Source: an uncultured Gemmatimonadales bacterium
GTDB taxonomy: Bacteria; Gemmatimonadota; Gemmatimonadetes; Gemmatimonadales; Gemmatimonadaceae
Assembly (NCBI GenBank): GCA_963707505.1
Contig: CAVPQB010000006.1
Coordinates: 608,001-672,000 of the forward strand
Direction: 5' to 3'
DNA: 64,000 nucleotides
Within the stretch, counting starts at the first letter, position 1, and each line of letters opens with the position of its first letter. The position numbers were made by a program, and so were the translations under genes. Shown piece by piece: positions 19,826 through 28,441 of the stretch. Under the pieces are notes generated by a model. The model was not told the origin of the DNA and did no database searches. It saw nothing but the letters and a program-made list of their open reading frames with translations.

Positions 19826-21164
19826 CGACAGACTGATCGGATCTGAACGCGGCGCCGTGCATTTCGAACGGCGCGTCTTGTTGCTGGCAATCGCTGTCGC
19901 GCTACCTGGCATGTTGCTCGCGCTCGTACTGCTCTGGATGAGCGGCTACTCACTGGGCGCACGTGTTGCACTCACCCTGCTGACCGCGCTCGTATCGCTC
20001 GCGATCGCTGCCGCGTTACGCGCTTACGTGATCCATCCGCTTCGAACGGTCTCCAATCTCGCCGCCGCGCTGCGCGAAGGTGACTTTTCAGTGCGCGCGC
20101 GCGGTGAGAGCACCAGCGACGCACTTGGGCTCGCACTGCTCGAGTTCAACAGACTGGGCGCCATACTCCACACTCAGCGACTCACCGCACTCGACGCGTC
20201 GGCCCTTGCGCGGACAGTGATGCGCGAGATCAACGTCGCGGTCTTCGCGTTCGACGATGAAGACATCCTCCGCCTCGTCAACCGTGCCGGTGAGCGACTC
20301 ATCAACCTTCCATCGGAGCGCGCCATCGGTCGCTCGGCGACTGCACTCGGACTCGCCGATTGTCTCGTCGGTGATCCCGACCGTGCCTTCGAGGGAGAGT
20401 TCGTTCCCGGTGAGAATCGGTGGCAACTGCGCAGGACGACTTTTCGGCAGGGCGGGCGACCGCATCGGCTCGTAGTTCTCGCCGATCTGAGCCGCGCGCT
20501 GCGCGATGAAGAGCGCAGCGCATGGCAGCGATTGCTGCGCGTGCTCGGCCACGAGATCAACAATTCACTCGCGCCCATCCAATCGCTCTCCGCAACACTT
20601 CGCGAGCACGTCAGACGAACGCCGCGCGCGAACGATTGGGAAGAAGATCTCGATCGCGGACTGGAAGTGATTGGTGGCAGATCGGCGGCGCTCGCGCGCT
20701 TCATGGCGTCGTACACGCTGCTCGCGCGAATGCCGGCGCCCACACGAGCGCCAGTCGACGTTTCGGCATGGATTGGCCGCATGGTCCAGATGGAAACCCG
20801 CGTTCACATCGACGTCGAGCCCGGTCCGGAGCTGATGATAGATGCCGATGCGGATCAGCTGGATCAGATGCTCATCAACCTCATCCGCAACGCAGCCGAT
20901 GCGTCGCTCGAGACCGGCGGCGGGGTCACCGTCGCGTGGAGCGTCGATGAGTCGTTCATCGACATCTCGATACACGATGAAGGATTCGGTCTTCCTGAAA
21001 CCGCCAATCTCTTCGTCCCGTTCTTTACGACAAAGCCCGGCGGATCCGGAATAGGGCTCGTCCTCAGCCGGCAGATCGCCGAAGCGCATGGTGGCAGCCT
21101 TGCACTGATCGACGGGCAGGGCTGCGAGGCGCGGGTGCGCCTTCCGATCGCCCCCCTCTCATAG
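19815..21164 (+). CDS. Sensor histidine kinase (TM-HAMP-PAS-like-HisKA-HATPase)
   Basis: H box LGHEINNSL, N box LINLIRNA, G1 DEGFG, F box LFVPFFTTK, G2 GSGIGL; overlaps the regulator gene. Confidence 0.92.
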   Translation: MASDDRLIGSERGAVHFERRVLLLAIAVALPGMLLALVLLWMSGYSLGARVALTLLTALVSLAIAAALRAYVIHPLRTVSNLAAALREGDFSVRARGESTSDALGLALLEFNRLGAILHTQRLTALDASALARTVMREINVAVFAFDDEDILRLVNRAGERLINLPSERAIGRSATALGLADCLVGDPDRAFEGEFVPGENRWQLRRTTFRQGGRPHRLVVLADLSRALRDEERSAWQRLLRVLGHEINNSLAPIQSLSATLREHVRRTPRANDWEEDLDRGLEVIGGRSAALARFMASYTLLARMPAPTRAPVDVSAWIGRMVQMETRVHIDVEPGPELMIDADADQLDQMLINLIRNAADASLETGGGVTVAWSVDESFIDISIHDEGFGLPETANLFVPFFTTKPGGSGIGLVLSRQIAEAHGGSLALIDGQGCEARVRLPIAPLS

Positions 21165-21178
21165 AGGAAGATCCGTTG

Positions 21179-21194
21179 TCGAACGATCGTTCGA
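21179..21194. promoter_or_regulatory. Perfect 16-bp palindromic operator (GAAC-N4-GTTC type)
   Basis: TCGAACGATCGTTCGA in the intergenic region upstream of the yciI-ECF operon; cognate regulator unknown. Confidence 0.5.
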
Positions 21195-21222
21195 ATGACC
21201 ACCACGGCTTGTTCGAGCTCCG

Positions 21223-21249
21223 TGTCGATTCTCCCACACCTCGTTCGAC
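21223..21249 (+). promoter_or_regulatory. ECF42-type autoregulated promoter
   Basis: TGTCGA (21223-21228) and CGAC (21246-21249) match the TGTCGA / CG(A/T)C consensus described for ECF42, upstream of the DGPF-protein and ECF42 gene pair. Confidence 0.65.
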
Positions 21250-21329
21250 GTGTAGGTAGAGCCCGGATATTGCCGGGCGGACAACGGAGGCAGGCTCCTC
21301 CACACAAACGAACAATAGGAGATGGGACA

Positions 21330-21743
21330 ATGCGATTCATGATTATCGTAAAGGCGACGAAGGAGTCCGAAGCTGGCGTGATGCCGAACCGTGACCTGCT
21401 GGCAAGCATGGGCGCGTACAATGAAGAGCTTGTAAAGGCCGGCGTGATGCTGGCAGGTGACGGGCTCCTCTCCAGCGCGAAGGGCGCCCGTGTGAAGTTC
21501 GCGAACGGCAAGACTACCATCATCGACGGGCCGTTCACCGAGACCAAGGAGCTCGTTGCAGGCTTCTGGATATGGCAGGTCAAGTCGAGGGATGAAGCGA
21601 TAGCGTGGCTTCGGCGAGCGCCGTTCGACGACGCTGAGGTGGAGATCCGTCAGGTGGCCGAAGCCGAGGATTTCGGTGATGAATTCACACCGGAGCTGAG
21701 AGAGCAGGAAGACCAGCTGAGGGCACAGATCGCGCGCGGATAA
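21330..21743 (+). CDS. YciI-family (DGPF) protein
   Basis: MRFMIIVKATKESEAG...IIDGPFTETKELVAGFWIWQVKS; SD AGGAG upstream. Confidence 0.9.
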   Translation: MRFMIIVKATKESEAGVMPNRDLLASMGAYNEELVKAGVMLAGDGLLSSAKGARVKFANGKTTIIDGPFTETKELVAGFWIWQVKSRDEAIAWLRRAPFDDAEVEIRQVAEAEDFGDEFTPELREQEDQLRAQIARG

Positions 21744-21749
21744 GGGTAT

Positions 21750-21776
21750 CGTCATTCCAGCGAACGCGGGGATGAC
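21750..21776. repeat. CGTC-tagged REP palindrome
   Basis: CGTCATTCCAGCGAACGCGGGGATGAC directly after the yciI stop. Confidence 0.7.
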
Positions 21777-21822
21777 AACTCCCAGCTTGAACAACTGGTC
21801 GCGCATGCACTGATTTGTATGC

Positions 21823-23172
21823 GTGACGGAATCCGCTACGCATCGCGCAATCGACGCGGTCTGGAGAATCGAATCCGCGAAGCTCATCGCTGGCCTGGCA
21901 CGCATGGTGCGCGACGTCGGCCTCGCCGAGGACCTCGCGCAGGATGCACTTGTCGCCGCGCTCGAGCAGTGGCCGGAATCGGGAGTTCCCGACAACCCTG
22001 GCGCATGGCTCATGGCGACCGCAAAACGCCGCGCGATCGACGCCATGCGTCATGGTAAAGTCGTCGAGCGGAAGCAGGAGGACATCGGGCACGAGATCGA
22101 GGCGCAGCGCGATGCTACCGCTGTCGATCTCGACGCGGCCATCGATGACGATGTCGGTGATGACCTGCTTCGTCTCGTCTTCATCTCCTGTCATCCTGTC
22201 CTTTCATCCGAAGCGCGCGTCTCGCTTACGCTGCGTCTCCTCGGCGGACTCACCACTGACGAGATAGCCCGGGCCTTCCTCGTTGCAGAGCCGACGATCG
22301 CGCAGCGGATTGTTCGCGCCAAGCGCACACTTCGTGACGCCGGAGTGCCGTTCGAGCTCCCGCGTGGAGATGCGCGCGCCGCGCGGCTGGCATCCGTGCT
22401 CGAAGTCATCTACCTCGTCTTCAACGAAGGTTACTCGGCGACCGCCGGTGACGACTGGATGCGGCCTGCGCTGTGCGAGGATGCGCTGAGGCTTGGGCGC
22501 GTTCTGGCGGAGCTCGCACCGGAAGAGCCGGAAGTTCACGGATTGGTCGCTTTGATGGAGATCCAGGCCTCGCGCGCGCACGCGCGCGTCGATCAGGCCG
22601 GCGATCCGGTGCTTCTCCTGGAACAGAATCGCGCGCGCTGGGATCAGCTTCTCATTCATCGCGGCCTCGCCGCACTCGAGCGCGCCGAGCGACTCGGCGG
22701 CAGTCCCGGATCGTATACGTTGCAGGCCGCGATCGCAGCGTGTCATGCGCGCGCACGAACGCCCGGAGAGACGGACTGGCACCGCATCGCGTCGCTGTAC
22801 GCAGTACTGGTGCAACTCGTTCCATCTCCCGTCATCGAGCTCAATCGCGCAGTTGCTGTATCGATGGCGTCCGGTCCCGCCGCGGGTCTGGAAGTAGTTG
22901 ACACACTCATGTCTGAGCCGTCACTACGGAACTATCACCTGTTACCCGCGGTGCGCGGCGATCTGCTCGCCAAGCTTGACCGTCGCGACGAAGCAAGATC
23001 CGAATTCGAGCGCGCCGCTTCGCTCACGCGCAACATACGAGAGCGCAATCTGCTCAACGGCCGCGCGGCTGCGATGACGCCTTACGACAAGACACCCACC
23101 AGTTCTATTTCCCGCCCGCCAGCGCGTGCGTCAGTCGATACAAAAACTCCTGACCATCATAGTACGACCTGA
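21823..23172 (+). CDS. ECF sigma factor of group ECF42 (C-terminal TPR-like extension)
   Basis: Region 2 AEDLAQDAL...PDNPGAWL; DDLLRLVFISCHPVL; region 4 EIARAFLVAEPTIAQRIVRAK; YLVFNEGY; LQAAIAACH; linked to a DGPF protein. Confidence 0.9.
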   Translation: MTESATHRAIDAVWRIESAKLIAGLARMVRDVGLAEDLAQDALVAALEQWPESGVPDNPGAWLMATAKRRAIDAMRHGKVVERKQEDIGHEIEAQRDATAVDLDAAIDDDVGDDLLRLVFISCHPVLSSEARVSLTLRLLGGLTTDEIARAFLVAEPTIAQRIVRAKRTLRDAGVPFELPRGDARAARLASVLEVIYLVFNEGYSATAGDDWMRPALCEDALRLGRVLAELAPEEPEVHGLVALMEIQASRAHARVDQAGDPVLLLEQNRARWDQLLIHRGLAALERAERLGGSPGSYTLQAAIAACHARARTPGETDWHRIASLYAVLVQLVPSPVIELNRAVAVSMASGPAAGLEVVDTLMSEPSLRNYHLLPAVRGDLLAKLDRRDEARSEFERAASLTRNIRERNLLNGRAAAMTPYDKTPTSSISRPPARASVDTKTPDHHSTT

Positions 23173-24547
23173 TCCACATCCGCTCATCTCTCCCGTGAGC
23201 GTGCGAGTCGCCGTTGCTGAGAATGCCGCTCACGCCATATGTGGGAATTCCCGCCGCACGGAGGAATCGGCCGTCGGTCGCGCCAGTCGACATCACTGGT
23301 ACCACGAGCACATTTGAGCCGAACATGTCGTGAGTAATCTTCGTCACGGCGTTCATCAGCTCCGGCGTCAGAGGACTCGGTGCAGCCTTGGCCTTCGGCA
23401 GCGGAAACAGTGGCTTGATCTTGACGCCGGTGTCGGAGAATACCCTGGCAAGTGTCGCCTCGACCTCTTCCGGATCCTGGGTCGGGACGATGCGGCAATT
23501 CACGTTTGCAGTGGCGGTCTGTGGAAGTGCATTGTACGCGTGCCCACCGGCGAGCCTGGTCGCGACACAGGTGGTGCGCAACATCGAGTTGTAGCGGGGC
23601 TCCGCCGAGAGTGTCGCCGCTGCCGCACTGTCGTTTGTATTCGCGACTATTGCACGCATTGCCGCACCCGCCGCGGAAGTGTCCGACGCGCCCGTCTGAC
23701 TCAGGTATGCGCGCGACACCTCGTTCAATTCGACCGGAAACTGGAAGTGCTCGAGCTTGAGAAGCGCGTGCGCCAGCTCGTAGATCGCGTTGTCTGGACG
23801 CGGTACCGACGAGTGACCGCCGCTGTTGACCGTCGAAACGGTGAAGTGGACCGAGACTTTCTCGGCCGCCTGAATGCTGTTGGAGAACGGCTTGCCATTG
23901 CGAATGGACCCGCCGCCGCCCTCGTTTATCGCATAGGCCGCGTCGATCAGATCCTTGTGGTTCGCGACCAGCCATTCAACGCCGTTCGCGTCGCCGCTTT
24001 CCTCGTCCGCGGTGAGCGCCAGGATCACGTCACGATCCGGCTTCCATCCTGCCGCCTTGTCACGCAGAAGATTCGCGACGAAGATCGACGCCATCGCCTT
24101 GTCATCACTGCTGCCACGCCCGTAGTAGTAGCCGTCCTTCTCAGTGAGAACGAACGGATCCATGCTCCAGTCGGAGCGCAGTGCTGCAACGACGTCGAGA
24201 TGCGCCAACAGAAGCAGCGGCTTCTTGTCGTGCCCGGTTCCGTGATAACGCACGACGAGATTGGCCTTGGTCGGATGGCCGTCCGGCGTCAGGATCTGGA
24301 CATCAGCGGCGGGAAAGCCGGCGGCGCGAAAGCGAGCTGCCATCGCGTCGACCGCCCTTGTCACCGAGCCCACGCTGTCCGCAGTGTTGATCTCGATCAG
24401 CTGCTTGTAGATGTCGTGCGCCTGGGCCTGAACCGGCGTGAGTGGAGTCTGTTGGGCGCGGACCGGGGTGGGGCTGAGTGCGGCCAGGACCGCTCCAGAT
24501 ACTGCCGCGGATACCATGGTCGTCGTACGAATGAAGAGAGAGCGCAT
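23105..24547 (-). CDS. M20/M25/M40-family metallopeptidase, exported
   Basis: Start at MRSLFIR; signal peptide; LLAHLDVV, GRGSSDDK, ADEE, INEGG, GGHSS, GATDG, HGRDER. Confidence 0.9.
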   Translation of the reverse strand: MRSLFIRTTTMVSAAVSGAVLAALSPTPVRAQQTPLTPVQAQAHDIYKQLIEINTADSVGSVTRAVDAMAARFRAAGFPAADVQILTPDGHPTKANLVVRYHGTGHDKKPLLLLAHLDVVAALRSDWSMDPFVLTEKDGYYYGRGSSDDKAMASIFVANLLRDKAAGWKPDRDVILALTADEESGDANGVEWLVANHKDLIDAAYAINEGGGGSIRNGKPFSNSIQAAEKVSVHFTVSTVNSGGHSSVPRPDNAIYELAHALLKLEHFQFPVELNEVSRAYLSQTGASDTSAAGAAMRAIVANTNDSAAAATLSAEPRYNSMLRTTCVATRLAGGHAYNALPQTATANVNCRIVPTQDPEEVEATLARVFSDTGVKIKPLFPLPKAKAAPSPLTPELMNAVTKITHDMFGSNVLVVPVMSTGATDGRFLRAAGIPTYGVSGILSNGDSHAHGRDERMWIRSYYDGQEFLYRLTHALAGGK

Positions 24548-24677
24548 CGTGGTTTCCCTATGTGAGCCGCGGATGTAGCGAGAGAGGGTAATGTTGATCG
24601 TGCGGGTCGGGTTGTCAAACGACCGCCTAACGATCAGCTTGCGACAGGATACCAATTCGATCAAACCAGAGATTCCA

Positions 24678-25736
24678 ATGCCCGCAACTCGTGGCTACGC
24701 TGCAAAATCTGCAACTCTTCCGCTTGAACCGTTCTCATTCGATCGCCGCGAGCCTCGCGCACACGATGTGGTCATCGACATCGCATACTGTGGCGTCTGT
24801 CATAGCGACATCCATACAGCACGCAACGAGTGGGGCGGCACGAGCTATCCAGTCGTTCCAGGTCACGAGATAGTCGGCCGCATCGTACAGACTGGGTCAG
24901 AGGTCAAGCGATTCGCGGTCGGTGATCTTGCGGGCGTCGGGTGCTTTGTGGACTCGTGCAGGAAATGCGATAGCTGCCGCGATGGCGAGGAGCAATTCTG
25001 CGAGCGGCACCTCGTGATGACGTACAACAGCTTCGAGCATGACGGAAAGACTCCGACTTACGGCGGCTACTCGTCCCGAATCGTCGTCGACGAGAATTAC
25101 CTCCTCACGATTCCGGACAATCTTCCGCTTGAAGGAGTTGCACCGCTCTTGTGCGCGGGGATCACGACGTATTCGCCACTTCGTCGCTTCAACGTCGGGC
25201 CCGGCCAGAGGGTCGGCGTGGTTGGACTTGGTGGCCTCGGTCACATGGCTGTCAAGCTTGCCTCTGCGATGGGCGCGCACGTGACGGTGTTGAGCACGTC
25301 CAAATCAAAAGAAGAAGATGCGCGCCGGCTCGGCGCCGATGACTTCGTCGTGACCAAGGACTCGAAGAATCTGGCGCCGCTGGCCGCGACTTTCGATTTC
25401 ATAATCGACACGGTATCGGCGCCGCACGATCTGAACATGTACCTCGGCCTTCTCAAGCGCCGTGCGGTGATGGTACTGGTCGGTGCACCGCCAGAGCCAA
25501 CCGCGGTTGCGTCGTTCTCACTCATCATGAAAGGCCGGGTGCTGGCAGGCTCGCTCATAGGCGGAATTCGCGAGACGCAGGAGATGCTTGATTACTGTGC
25601 GCAACACAGAATCACGTCCGACGTCGAAGTGATTCCGATTCAGGAGATCGAGCGCGCGTACGAGCGCACTGTCAAGGGTGACGTCCGGTATCGATTCGTG
25701 ATCGACATGAAGTCGCTGGCGTCGCTACCGGCCTAG
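24678..25736 (+). CDS. Zn-dependent NAD(P) alcohol dehydrogenase (cinnamyl-alcohol DH/YahK-like)
   Basis: Start at MPATRG; CGVCHSD, GHEIVG, structural Zn cysteines, APLLCAGIT, GLGGLGH, VRYRFVID. Confidence 0.93.
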   Translation: MPATRGYAAKSATLPLEPFSFDRREPRAHDVVIDIAYCGVCHSDIHTARNEWGGTSYPVVPGHEIVGRIVQTGSEVKRFAVGDLAGVGCFVDSCRKCDSCRDGEEQFCERHLVMTYNSFEHDGKTPTYGGYSSRIVVDENYLLTIPDNLPLEGVAPLLCAGITTYSPLRRFNVGPGQRVGVVGLGGLGHMAVKLASAMGAHVTVLSTSKSKEEDARRLGADDFVVTKDSKNLAPLAATFDFIIDTVSAPHDLNMYLGLLKRRAVMVLVGAPPEPTAVASFSLIMKGRVLAGSLIGGIRETQEMLDYCAQHRITSDVEVIPIQEIERAYERTVKGDVRYRFVIDMKSLASLPA

Positions 25737-25748
25737 CCGTCAGTGTAG

Positions 25749-26411
25749 TTATCGCTTGCAGTAACCAACAGATATTGCCTGAATCGTTTCCGGCTTTTTT
25801 GCCGGCTCTCGTGCCGGCTTTCGGGCGGTACTGTCGGGACTCAGCGCAATCGAATCGGTCGCGAACTCGACGCCACACAGGCGGCTGAGTGTTGCTACGC
25901 TTGCGGTGCCGCGCTTGACGACTGTTGCTCCCGAATCGGCAGCAACAGTCGAGAATGGCATCCCGACGGCTATGCCGCCGGTGGTGTGTGGCCCCGTGTG
26001 CGTGACGAATACCCTTCGCAGCGTATCGTTCTGGAACGTGAGCGTCACTGTATCCTTTCCCATTCCACGAACGACAATGATATCCTCACTGTCGCGACCG
26101 GCGCGCGCGCTGATCGCGTACACGAACGACATCACGGGCCGTCTCCACTCGCCGACGTGTAGCGGGCCAACGGCTTCCTGTCGGATGATCGAATGATCAC
26201 CTTCCATCAGAGGTCCTTCATCTGCCGGCTTCGCGGCTGCGGTCGTGTCCGTTGCGCGTTGCGCAACGGTCTGTCCCGGTGGAGTCGATGATGCGTCTTT
26301 TGTAACGTCTTTCGCCCCGCCGCCGCACGCCACAAATCCAAGCACGGCTGCCGATGCAATACCTATCGACGATAGCCTGGCGTGTACAACTGCGTGCATC
26401 ATTCCCGTCAT
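25749..26411 (-). CDS. Hypothetical lipoprotein
   Basis: ATGA overlap with the upstream gene at 26408-26411; hydrophobic stretch ending GFVAC (lipobox), low-complexity linker, then a globular domain. Confidence 0.6.
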   Translation of the reverse strand: MTGMMHAVVHARLSSIGIASAAVLGFVACGGGAKDVTKDASSTPPGQTVAQRATDTTAAAKPADEGPLMEGDHSIIRQEAVGPLHVGEWRRPVMSFVYAISARAGRDSEDIIVVRGMGKDTVTLTFQNDTLRRVFVTHTGPHTTGGIAVGMPFSTVAADSGATVVKRGTASVATLSRLCGVEFATDSIALSPDSTARKPAREPAKKPETIQAISVGYCKR

Positions 26412-26788
26412 GCTCGCTCGCGCGCCTTCTGTGCACGCTCGGCGCCATACTGGCGTCCATAATTCGACAGCGCCCAGATGATCAACAGGATCACGCCGAC
26501 CGTAACGTAGTAAGTCCTCGCGACTCCGCTCCACTTCACAATCCATGGCAGGACTATCAGCACGATTCCGACCACCAGCTCTATCAGCCCATGATATCGG
26601 AGCGATAGCGGCTTGTGCCCGGTATCAGGGAATTTCGTCGATAGCGTGACGATCAGGTGGATTGCCGCCAGAACATACGACACGATAGCCGGAGGCCCGC
26701 TCATGCCGAGCAGGATAGGAGCCGCGATCAGGCCGATCACGGAGACCATGTCGAGGGAACGGTGCACGGACGCCGGTATGACTTTCAT
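26408..26788 (-). CDS. Small four-TM membrane protein (SPW-repeat-like)
   Basis: MKVIPASVHRSLD...APILLG...YHGLIELVVG...LPWIV; two H-x3-D/E...PW half repeats. Confidence 0.65.
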   Translation of the reverse strand: MKVIPASVHRSLDMVSVIGLIAAPILLGMSGPPAIVSYVLAAIHLIVTLSTKFPDTGHKPLSLRYHGLIELVVGIVLIVLPWIVKWSGVARTYYVTVGVILLIIWALSNYGRQYGAERAQKARERA

Positions 26789-26895
26789 CTGAAATCCTGG
26801 TGGAGACGCTTCCAACATACCAAATCTGCGCCGAGCTGGTGCGGCCGGCCGCCACACCGACTTGTGGCGGCTCATTCCGGCAGGCACGTTACGGC

Positions 26896-28365
26896 ATGTC
26901 AGAATCCTTCGACCTACGTGCCGCGGCGCATCAGGCAATGCTGGATAACGGCTTCATCCCCGACGTCCCCGCTCAGGTTACTGCCGAGGTTGCCGCCGCG
27001 ATCGAACCGAACGGCGCGGTGGCGGCTGGTGTGTGTGACCTTCGAGACCTCCCATGGTCCTCGATCGACAACGATGACTCCAGAGATCTGGACCAGCTGG
27101 AGATCGCGGAAAAACTTCCCGACGGAACGGTGCGCGTGCGTGTCGCTATCGCGGACGTCGATACGACTGTGCCGAAGGACTCCGCCACCGATCGCTTTGC
27201 GAGCGCCAACTCTACGTCTGTGTACACCGGCATCGTCACGTACCCGATGCTCCCGGAGCGGCTGTCGACCGATCTCACCTCGCTCGGTCAGGGCGACGAT
27301 CGCGCATCGGTGGTAATCGAATTCGTCGTTGCGGCGGATGGGAGCATCGTGTCGCACGACGTGTACATGGCGCGCGTCCGTAATCACGCCAAGCTCGCTT
27401 ACAACGACGTCGGTGCGTGGCTCGACGGCGGCGCGATCCTGCCGGCCAGCGGCACAGCAGTAATTCAGGATCAACTTCGCCTTCAGGACAAAGTTGCACA
27501 GGCGCTCCGGGCCGTTCGCGCGCGCAATGGCGCACTTGATCTCGAGACGATCGAAGCGCAGTCCGTGGTGCGTCCGGACAACTCGGTGGACATCGAGCTC
27601 GTGCAGAAGACTCGCGCCAGCCGCCTGATCGAGGATTTCATGATCGCCGCCAACGTGGCGATGGCGCAATTTCTGGATGAGCACAATTCGCCGACGATCC
27701 GACGCATTGTGCGATCGCCGGAACGATGGAATCGTATTGTAGCCCTCGCCGCCAAGCTTGGATCGACGCTTCCCGACCAGCCCGATTCCCTGGCGCTGTC
27801 AGCATTCCTCGCCGCGCAACGTAATGCCGATCCTGACCACTTCGCCGATCTGTCGCTCGCAGTCGTCAAGCTGATCGGTCCCGGTGAGTACGCCGCTCAT
27901 GAGCCGGGCGAGACGGACGTCGGTCATTTCGGGCTCGCAACCAATGACTACACCCACTCGACCGCACCCAACCGCCGCTTCGCCGACCTCGTTACGCAGC
28001 GACTTCTCAAGGCCGCCCTGGCCGGAAAGCCGTCGCCGTACACGCGGGATGAGCTCGTGGCGATTGCCGCGCACAGCACCGAGCGCGAGGATGCCGCGCG
28101 CAAGGTCGAGCGTCAGGTCCGAAAGTCCGCCGCCGCGGTATCGATGTCGTCCCACGTAGGCGAGGAATTCGATGCGATAGTAACAGGCGTCAATCCGAAT
28201 GGCACCTTCGTCCGCCTGATCCACCCGCCCGTGGAAGGACGGGTGCTTCGCGGTGAGAAGAATCTGGACGTCGGAGACAGGGTCCGGGTCCGCCTCCTGG
28301 CCACCGATCCGAAGCGTGGTTTCATCGACTTTTCGGCGGAATCCCGTAACGGCGCCGCTCACTGA
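26896..28365 (+). CDS. RNB-domain exoribonuclease (RNase II/R family, short form)
   Basis: Start at MSESFDL; SIDNDDSRDLDQ, VAIADV, LIEDFMIAAN, HFGLATNDYTHSTAPNRRFADL, C-terminal S1-like domain. Confidence 0.9.
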   Translation: MSESFDLRAAAHQAMLDNGFIPDVPAQVTAEVAAAIEPNGAVAAGVCDLRDLPWSSIDNDDSRDLDQLEIAEKLPDGTVRVRVAIADVDTTVPKDSATDRFASANSTSVYTGIVTYPMLPERLSTDLTSLGQGDDRASVVIEFVVAADGSIVSHDVYMARVRNHAKLAYNDVGAWLDGGAILPASGTAVIQDQLRLQDKVAQALRAVRARNGALDLETIEAQSVVRPDNSVDIELVQKTRASRLIEDFMIAANVAMAQFLDEHNSPTIRRIVRSPERWNRIVALAAKLGSTLPDQPDSLALSAFLAAQRNADPDHFADLSLAVVKLIGPGEYAAHEPGETDVGHFGLATNDYTHSTAPNRRFADLVTQRLLKAALAGKPSPYTRDELVAIAAHSTEREDAARKVERQVRKSAAAVSMSSHVGEEFDAIVTGVNPNGTFVRLIHPPVEGRVLRGEKNLDVGDRVRVRLLATDPKRGFIDFSAESRNGAAH

Positions 28366-28441
28366 TGGCTCCGGTCTGGTCACCCGACTGACCCGGAGTT
28401 ACGATATCCAGCTACTCCTCAGACCTCCGAACAACTCAGCG

